From: Auanema rhodensis
Taxonomy: Eukaryota > Animalia > Nematoda
DNA: 64,000 nt
Assembly: GCA_964057225.1 (NCBI GenBank)
Contig: OZ059898.1
Span: forward strand, 18,228,001-18,292,000
Direction: 5' to 3'
The translations under genes were made by a program, and so were the position numbers. This document shows, in pieces, positions 55,501 through 64,000 of this stretch (the first letter of the stretch is position 1; each line of letters opens with the position of its first letter). Below the pieces are notes generated by a model. It was not told the DNA's origin and ran no database searches. It saw nothing but the letters and a program-made list of their open reading frames with translations.

Positions 55501-58500
55501 AGCTTAAAAATGCACCGAGATATCAACTGATATAAGTTCACACTTATTTCCTCGATTTTCACCCTGAAGAATTAATTTTTTCGTTGAATAACATTGTCCA
55601 TCGTCTTTGCCTTGAAAAAAGGAATCTAAAAACATCTTCTTTTTGCTAAATTATTTTGAAATTTTTTGAAAAAATTTTTGTCAAAATGTTTTTGGAAGCA
55701 ATGTTGAGTGTGCATGGAAACTCAACATACACTAATGCATCATTTTTCAAACGATCATAACTAATTTTTGTATTAAGCGTTTTTCAATGTAGTATAGTGC
55801 ATTTGATGCGGATTTTTTAGCTGCGTCGATCTGTGTTATCAGATTTGCGCTAGCTTAAAAATGCACCGAGATATCAACTGAAATAAGTTCACACTTATAT
55901 ATCCTCGATTTTCACCCTGAAGAATTAATTTTTTTGTTGAAAAACATTGTCCATCGTGTTTGCCTTGAAAAAAGGAATCTAAAAACATCTACTTTTTGCT
56001 AAATTATTTTGAAATTTTTTGAAAAAATTTTTGTCAAAATGTTTTTGGAAGCAATGTTGAGTGTACATGGAAACTCAACATACACTAATGCATCATTTTT
56101 CAAACGATCATAACTAATTTTTGTATTAAGCGTTTCTCAAAGTAGTATAGTGCATTCGATGCGGATTTTTAAGCTGCGTCGATCTGTGTTATCAGATTTG
56201 CGCTAGCTTAAAAATGCACCGAGATATCAACTGATATAAGTTCACACTTATATCCTCGATTTTCACCCTGAAGAATTAATTTTTTTGTTGAAAAACATTG
56301 TCCATCGTGTTTGCCTTGAAAAAAGGAATCTAAAAACATCTACTTTTTGCTAAATTATTTTGAAATTTTTTGAAAAAATTTTTGTCAAAATGTTTTTGGA
56401 AGCAATGTTGAGTGTGCATGGAAACTCAACATACACTAATGCATCATTTTTCAAACGATCATAACTAATTTTTGTATTAAGCGTTTTTCAATGTAGTATA
56501 GTGCATTTGATGCGGATTTTTTAGCTGCGTCGATCTGTGTTATCAGATTTGCGCTAGCTTAAAAATGCACCGAGATATCAACTGAAATAAGTTCACACTT
56601 ATATATCCTCGATTTTCACCCTGAAGAATTAATTTTTTTGTTGAAAAACATTGTCCATCGTGTTTGCCTTGAAAAAAGGAATCTAAAAACATCTACTTTT
56701 TGCTAAATTATTTTGAAATTTTTTGAAAAAATTTTTGTCAAAATGTTTTTGGAAGCAATGTTGAGTGTACATGGAAACTCAACATACACTAATGCATCAT
56801 TTTTCAAACGATCATAACTAATTTTTGTATTAAGCGTTTCTCAAAGTAGTATAGTGCATTCGATGCGGATTTTTAAGCTGCGTCGATCTGTGTTATCAGA
56901 TTTGCGCTAGCTTAAAAATGCACCGAGATATCAACTGATATAAGTTCACACTTATTTCCTCGATTTTCACCCTGAAGAATTAATTTTTTCGTTGAATAAC
57001 ATTGTCCATCGTCTTTGCCTTGAAAAAAGGAATCTAAAAACATCTTCTTTTTGCTAAATTATTTTGAAATTTTTTGAAAAAATTTTTGTCAAAATGTTTT
57101 TGGAAGCAATGTTGAGTGTACATGGAAACTCAACATACACTAATGCATCATTTTTCAAACGATCATAACTAATTTTTGTATAAAGCGTTTCTCAATGTAG
57201 TATAGTGCATTCGATGCGGATTTTTAAGCTGCGTCGATCTGTATTATCAGATTTGCGCTAGCTTAAAAATGCACCGAGATATCAACTGATATAGGTTCAC
57301 ACTTATATCCTCGATTTTCACCCTGAAGAATTAATTTTTTTGTTGAAAAACATTGTCCATCGTGTTTGCCTTGAAAAAAGGAATCTAAAAACATCTACTT
57401 TTTGCTAAATTATTTTGAAATTTTTTGAAAAAATTTTTGTCAAAATGTTTTTGGAAGCAATGTTGAGTGTACATGGAAACTCAACATACACTAATGCATC
57501 ATTTTTCAAACGATCATAACTAATTTTTGTATTAAGCGTTTCTCAAAGTAGTATAGTGCATTCGATGCGGATTTTTAAGCTGCGTCGATCTGTGTTATCA
57601 GATTTGCGCTAGCTTAAAAATGCACCGAGATATCAACTGATATAAGTTCACACTTATATCCTCGATTTTCACCCTGAAGAATTAATTTTTTTGTTGAAAA
57701 ACATTGTCCATCGTGTTTGCCTTGAAAGAAGGAATCTAAAAACATCTACTTTTTGCTAAATTATTTTGAAATTTTTTGAAAAAATTTTTGTCAAAATGTT
57801 TTTGGAAGCAATGTTGAGTGTGCATGGAAACTCAACATACACTAATGCATCATTTTTCAAACGATCATAACTAATTTTTGTATAAAGCGTTTCTCAATGT
57901 AGTATAGTGCATTCGATGCGGATTTTTAAGCTGCGTCGATCTGTGTTATCATATTTGCGCTAGCGTAAAAATGCACCGAGATATCAACTGATATAAGTTC
58001 ACACTTATATCCTCGATTTTCACCCTGAAGAATTAATTTTTTTGTTGAATAACATCGTCCATCGTCTTTGCCTTGAAAAAAGAAATCTAAAAACATTTAC
58101 TTTTTGCGAAATTATTTTGAAATTTTTTGAAAAAATTTTTGTCAAAATGTTTTTGGAAGCAATGTTGAGTGTACATGGAAACTCAACATACACTAATGCA
58201 TCATTTTTCAAACGATCATAACTAATTTTTGTATTAAGCGTTTCTCAATGTAGTATAGTGCATTCGATGCGGATTTTTTAGCTGCGTCGATCTGTGTTAT
58301 CAGATTTGCGCTAGCTTAAAAATGCACCGAGATATCAACTGAAATAAGTTCACACTTATATATCCTCGATTTTCACCCTGAAGAATTAATTTTTTTGTTG
58401 AAAAACATTGTCCATCGTGTTTGCCTTGAAAAAAGGAATCTAAAAACATCTACTTTTTGCTAAATTATTTTGAAATTTTTTGAAAAAATTTTTGTCAAAA

Positions 58501-58803
58501 TGTTTTTGGAAGCAATGTTGAGTGTACATGGAAACTCAACATACACTAATGCATCATTTTTCAAACGATCATAACTAATTTTTGTATTAAGCGTTTCTCA
58601 AAGTAGTATAGTGCATTCGATGCGGATTTTTAAGCTGCGTCGATCTGTGTTATCAGATTTGCGCTAGCTTAAAAATGCACCGAGATATCAACTGATATAA
58701 GTTCACACTTATTTCCTCGATTTTCACCCTGAAGAATTAATTTTTTCGTTGAATAACATTGTCCATCGTCTTTGCCTTGAAAAAAGGAATCTAAAAACAT
58801 CTT
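52547..58803. repeat. Tandem duplication of a 9-monomer unit (3165 bp = 9x351 + 6)
   Basis: The divergent monomer at 54726/57891, G283 at 52547/55712, A102 at 55178/58343 and the identical ORF calls at 54855/58020 are all 3165 bp apart. Confidence 0.92.
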
Positions 58804-61800
58804 CTTTTTGCTAAATTATTTTGAAATTTTTTGAAAAAATTTTTGTCAAAATGTTTTTGGAAGCAATGTTGAGTGTACATGGAAACTCAACATACACTAA
58901 TGCATCATTTTTCAAACGATCATAACTAATTTTTGTATTAAGCGTTTCTCAATGTAGTATAGTGCATTCGATGCGGATTTTTTAGCTGCGTCGATCTGTG
59001 TTATCAGATTTGCGCTAGCTTAAAAATGCACCGAGATATCAACTGAAATAAGTTCACACTTATATATCCTCGATTTTCACCCTGAAGAATTAATTTTTTT
59101 GTTGAAAAACATTGTCCATCGTGTTTGCCTTGAAAAAAGGAATCTAAAAACATCTACTTTTTGCTAAATTATTTTGAAATTTTTTGAAAAAATTTTTGTC
59201 AAAATGTTTTTGGAAGCAATGTTGAGTGTACATGGAAACTCAACATACACTAAAGCATCATTTTTCAAACGATCATAACTAATTTTTGTATTAAGCGTTT
59301 CTCAAAGTAGTATAGTGCATTCGATGCGGATTTTTAAGCTGCGTCGATCTGTGTTATCAGATTTGCGCTAGCTTAAAAATGCACCGAGATATCAACTGAT
59401 ATAAGTTCACACTTATTTCCTCGATTTTCACCCTGAAGAATTAATTTTTTCGTTGAATAACATTGTCCATCGTCTTTGCCTTGAAAAAAGGAATCTAAAA
59501 ACATCTACTTTTTGCTAAATTATTTTGAAATTTTTTGAAAAAATTTTTGTCAAAATGTTTTTGGAAGCAATGTTGAGTGTACATGGAAACTCAACATACA
59601 CTAATGCATCATTTTTCAAACGATCATAACTAATTTTTGTATTAAGCGTTTCTCAATGTAGTATAGTGCATTCGATGCGGATTTTTAAGCTGCGTCGATC
59701 TGTGTTATCAGATTTGCGCTAGCTTAAAAATGCACCGAGATATCAACTGATATAAGTTCACACTTATTTCCTCGATTTTCACCCTGAAGAATTAATTTTT
59801 TCGTTGAATAACAATGTCCATCGTCTTTGCCTTGAAAAACTAAATCTGAAAACATCTACTTTTTGCTAAATTGTTTTGAAATTTTTCGAAAAAATTTTTG
59901 TCAAAATGTTTTTGGAAGCAATGTTGAGTGTACATGGAAACTCAACATACACTAATGCATCATTTTTCAAACGATCATAACTAATTTTTGTATAAAGCGT
60001 TTCTCAATGTAGTATAGTGCATTCGATGCGGATTTTTAAGCTGCGTCGATCTGTGTTATCAGATTTGCGCTAGCTTAAAAATGCACCGAGATATCAACTG
60101 ATATAAGTTCACACTTATTTCCTCGATTTTCACCCTGAAGAATTAATTTTTTCGTTGAATAACATTGTCCATCGTCTTTGCCTTGAAAAAAGGAATCTAA
60201 AAACATCTTCTCTTTGCTAAATTATTTTGAAATTTTTTGAAAAAATTTTTGTCAAAATGTTTTTGGAAGCAATGTTGAGTGTACATGGAAACTCAACATA
60301 CACTAATGCATCATTTTTCAAACGATGATAACTAATTTTTGTATAAAGCGTTTCTCAATGTAGTATAGTGCATTCGATGCGGATTTTTAAGCTGCGTCGA
60401 TCTGTATTATCAGATTTGCGCTAGCTTAAAAATGCACCGAGATATCAACTGATATAAGTTCACACTTATTTCCTCGATTTTCACCCTGAAGAATTAATTT
60501 TTTCGTTGAATAACATTGTCCATCGTCTTTGCCTTGAAAAAAGGAATCTAAAAACATCTTCTTTTTGCTAAATTATTTTGAAATTTTTTGAAAAAATTTT
60601 TGTCAAAATGTTTTTGGAAGCAATGTTGAGTGTACATGGAAACTCAACATACACTAATGCATCATTTTTCAAACGATCATAACTAATTTTTGTATAAAGC
60701 GTTTCTCAATGTAGTATAGTGCATTCGATGCGGATTTTTTAGCTGCGTCGATCTGTGTTATCAGATTTGCGCTAGCTTAAAAATGCACCGAGATATCAAC
60801 TGAAATAAGTTCACACTTATATATCCTCGATTTTCACCCTGAAGAATTAATTTTTTTGTTGAAAAACATTGTCCATCGTGTTTGCCTTCAAAAAAAGGAA
60901 TCTAAAAACATCTACTTTTTGCTAAATTATTTTGAAATTTTTTGAAAAAATTTTTGTCAAAATGTTTTTGGAAGCAATGTTGAGTGTACATGGAAACTCA
61001 ACATACACTAATGCATCATTTTTCAAACGATCATAACTAATTTTTGTATTAAGCGTTTCTCAAAGTAGTATAGTGCATTCGATGCGGATTTTTAAGCTGC
61101 GTCGATCTGTGTTATCAGATTTGCGCTAGCTTAAAAATGCACCGAGATATCAACTGATATAAGTTCACACTTATATCCTCGATTTTCACCCTGAAGAATT
61201 AATTTTTTTGTTGAAAAATATTGTCCATCGTGTTTGCCTTGAAAAAAGGAATCTAAAAACATCTACTTTTTGCTAAATTATTTTGAAATTTTTTGAAAAA
61301 ATGTTTGTCAAAATGTTTTTGGAAGCAATGTTGAGTGTGCATGGAAACTCAACATACACTAATGCATCATTTTTCAAACGATCATAACTAATTTTTGTAT
61401 AAAGCGTTTCTCAATGTAGTATAGTGCATTCGATGCGGATTTTTAAGCTGCGTCGATCTGTGTTATCAGATTTGCGCTAGCTTAAAAATGCACCGAGATA
61501 TCAACTGATATAAGTTCACACTTATTTCCTCGATTTTCACCCTGAAGAATTAATTTTTTCGTTGAATAACATTGTCCATCGTCTTTGCCTTGAAAAAAGA
61601 AATCTAAAAACATCTTCTTTTTGCTAAATTATTTTGAAATTTTTTGAAAAAATTTTTGTCAAAATGTTTTTGGAAGCAATGTTGAGTGTACATGGAAACT
61701 CAACATACACTAATGCATCATTTTTCAAACGATCATAACTAATTTTTGTATAAAGCGTTTTTCAATGTAGTATAGTGCATTCGATGCGGATTTTTAAGCT

Positions 61801-64000
61801 GCGTCGATCTGTATTATCAGATTTGCGCTAGCTTAAAAATGCACCGAGATATCAACTGATATAAGTTCACACTTATTTCCTCGATTTTCACCCTGAAGAA
61901 TTAATTTTTTCGTTGAATAACATTGTCCATCGTCTTTGCCTTGAAAAAAGGAATCTAAAAACATCTTCTTTTCGCTAAATTATTTTGAAATTTTTTGAAA
62001 AAATTTTTGTCAAAATGTTTTTGGAAGCAATGTTGAGTGTACATGGAAACTCAACATACACTAATGCATCATTTTTCAAACGATCATAACTAATTTTTGT
62101 ATAAAGCGTTTCTCAATGTAGTATAGTGCATTCAATGCGGATTTTTAAGCTGCGTCGATCTGTATTATCAGATTTGCGCTAGCTTAAAAATGCACCGAGA
62201 TATCAACTGATATAAGTTCACACTTATATCCTCGATTTTCACCCTGAAGAATTAATTTTTTCGTTGAAAAACATTGTCCATCGTGTTTGCCTTGGAAAAA
62301 GGAATCTAAAAACATCTACTTTTTGCTAAATTATTTTGAAATTTTTCGAAAAAATTTTTGTCAAAATGTTTTTGGAAGCAATGTTGAGTGTACATGGAAA
62401 CTCAACATACACTAATGCATCATTTTTCAAACGATCATAACTAATTTTTGTATTAAGCGTTTCTCAATGTAGTATAGTGCATTCGATGCGGATTTTTTAG
62501 CTGCGTCGATCTGTGTTATCAGATTTGCGCTAGCTTAAAAATGCACCGAGATATCAACTGAAATAAGTTCACACTTATATATCCTCGATTTTCACCCTGA
62601 AGAATTAATTTTTTTGTTGAAAAACATTGTCCATCGTGTTTGCCTTGAAAAAAGGAATCTAAAAACATCTACTTTTTGCTAAATTATTTTGAAATTTTTT
62701 GAAAAAATTTTTGTCAAAATGTTTTTGGAAGCAATGTTGAGTGTACATGGAAACTCAACATACACTAATGCATCATTTTTCAAACGATCATAACTAATTT
62801 TTGTATTAAGCGTTTCTCAAAGTAGTATAGTGCATTCGATGCGGATTTTTAAGCTGCGTCGATCTGTGTTATCAGATTTGCGCTAGCTTAAAAATGCACC
62901 GAGATATCAACTGATATAAGTTCACACTTATATCCTCGATTTTCACCCTGAAGAATTAATTTTTTCGTTGAATAACAATGTCCATCGTCTTTGCCTTGAA
63001 AAACTAAATCTGAAAACATCTACTTTTTGCTAAATTATTTTGAAATTTTTCGAAAAAATTTTTGTCAAAATGTTTTTGGAAGCAATGTTGAGTGTACATG
63101 GAAACTCAACATACACTAATGCATCATTTTTCAAACGATCATAACTAATTTTTGTATTAAGCGTTTCTCAATGTAGTATAGTGCATTCGATGCGGATTTT
63201 TTAGCTGCGTCGATCTGTGTTATCAGATTTGCGCTAGCTTAAAAATGCACCGAGATATCAACTGAAATAAGTTCACACTTATATATCCTCGATTTTCACC
63301 CTGAAGAATTAATTTTTTTGTTGAAAAACATTGTCCATCGTGTTTGCCTTGAAAAAAGGAATCTAAAAACATCTACTTTTTGCTAAATTATTTTGAAATT
63401 TTTTGAAAAAATTTTTGTCAAAATGTTTTTGGAAGCAATGTTGAGTGTACATGGAAACTCAACATACACTAATGCATCATTTTTCAAACGATCATAACTA
63501 ATTTTTGTATTAAGCGTTTCTCAATGTAGTATAGTGCATTCGATGCGGATTTTTAAGCTGCGTCGATCTGTGTTATCAGATTTGCGCTAGCTTAAAAATG
63601 CACCGAGATATCAACTGATATAAGTTCACACTTATATCCTCGATTTTCACCCTGAAGAATTAATTTTTTCGTTGAATAACAATGTCCATCGTCTTTGCCT
63701 TGAAAAACTAAATCTGAAAACATCTACTTTTTGCTAAATTATTTTGAAATTTTTCGAAAAAATTTTTGTCAAAATGTTTTTGGAAGCAATGTTGAGTGTA
63801 CATGGAAACTCAACATACACTAATGCATCATTTTTCAAACGATCATAACTAATTTTTGTATTAAGCGTTTCTCAATGTAGTATAGTGCATTCGATGCGGA
63901 TTTTTTAGCTGCGTCGATCTGTGTTATCAGATTTGCGCTAGCTTAAAAATGCACCGAGATATCAACTGAAATAAGTTCACACTTATATATCCTCGATTTT

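Larger units (their letters stand above)
1..64000. repeat. Tandem satellite DNA array, 351-bp monomer, about 183.4 copies, single orientation, apparently continuing past both window edges
   Basis: CAATGTAGTATAGTGC starts at 5, 356, 707 and so on; 1-10 TTTTCAATGT recurs at 3511 (10x351). 64000 + 402 (deleted) - 39 (inserted) = 183x351 + 130, and the window ends at monomer pos 130 as predicted. Copies differ by only a few substitutions. Confidence 0.99.

Noticed and set aside
58020-58211. Identical 63-aa ORF
   Set aside because: A copy made by the 3165-bp duplication, so it is not independent conservation.
1-64000. CRISPR-like array with palindromic repeats
   Set aside because: There are no unique spacers. 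The entire 351-bp unit repeats, and no cas genes or leader are present.
1-64000. SNP haplotype order as encoded information or a programmed diversification system
   Set aside because: The patterns are explained by local duplication, unequal crossover and conversion. No template/variable pair or associated enzyme gene is present.

Overview
The whole 64 kb window is one uninterrupted head-to-tail array of a 351-bp, AT-rich (about 31% GC by hand count) satellite DNA in a single orientation. It holds 183 monomers plus a 130-position partial copy. The length arithmetic closes exactly with three 134-bp deletions, eighteen 2-bp TA insertions and three 1-bp insertions. I found no credible genes, RNA genes, transposon insertions, inversions or CRISPR spacers. 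The three listed ORFs are stop-loss point variants of the repeat. It most resembles eukaryotic (peri)centromeric or heterochromatic satellite from a lineage with little CpG methylation, but I cannot name the family or species. The interesting signal is structural: (i) a monomer dense in dyad symmetries, including a 67-nt imperfect hairpin; (ii) a 217-bp deletion monomer that lacks the hairpin module and was itself amplified; (iii) nested domains of diagnostic SNPs, with local higher-order repeats of 2 to 11 monomers and mappable unequal-crossover junctions; (iv) a faint trace of an ancient internal dimer. No new biological system can be demonstrated from the sequence alone. The best candidate is a hairpin or cruciform function of the monomer, which is inference only. 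'Pos' below means position within the monomer, using 1..351 as reference. Variant surveys were done by eye.
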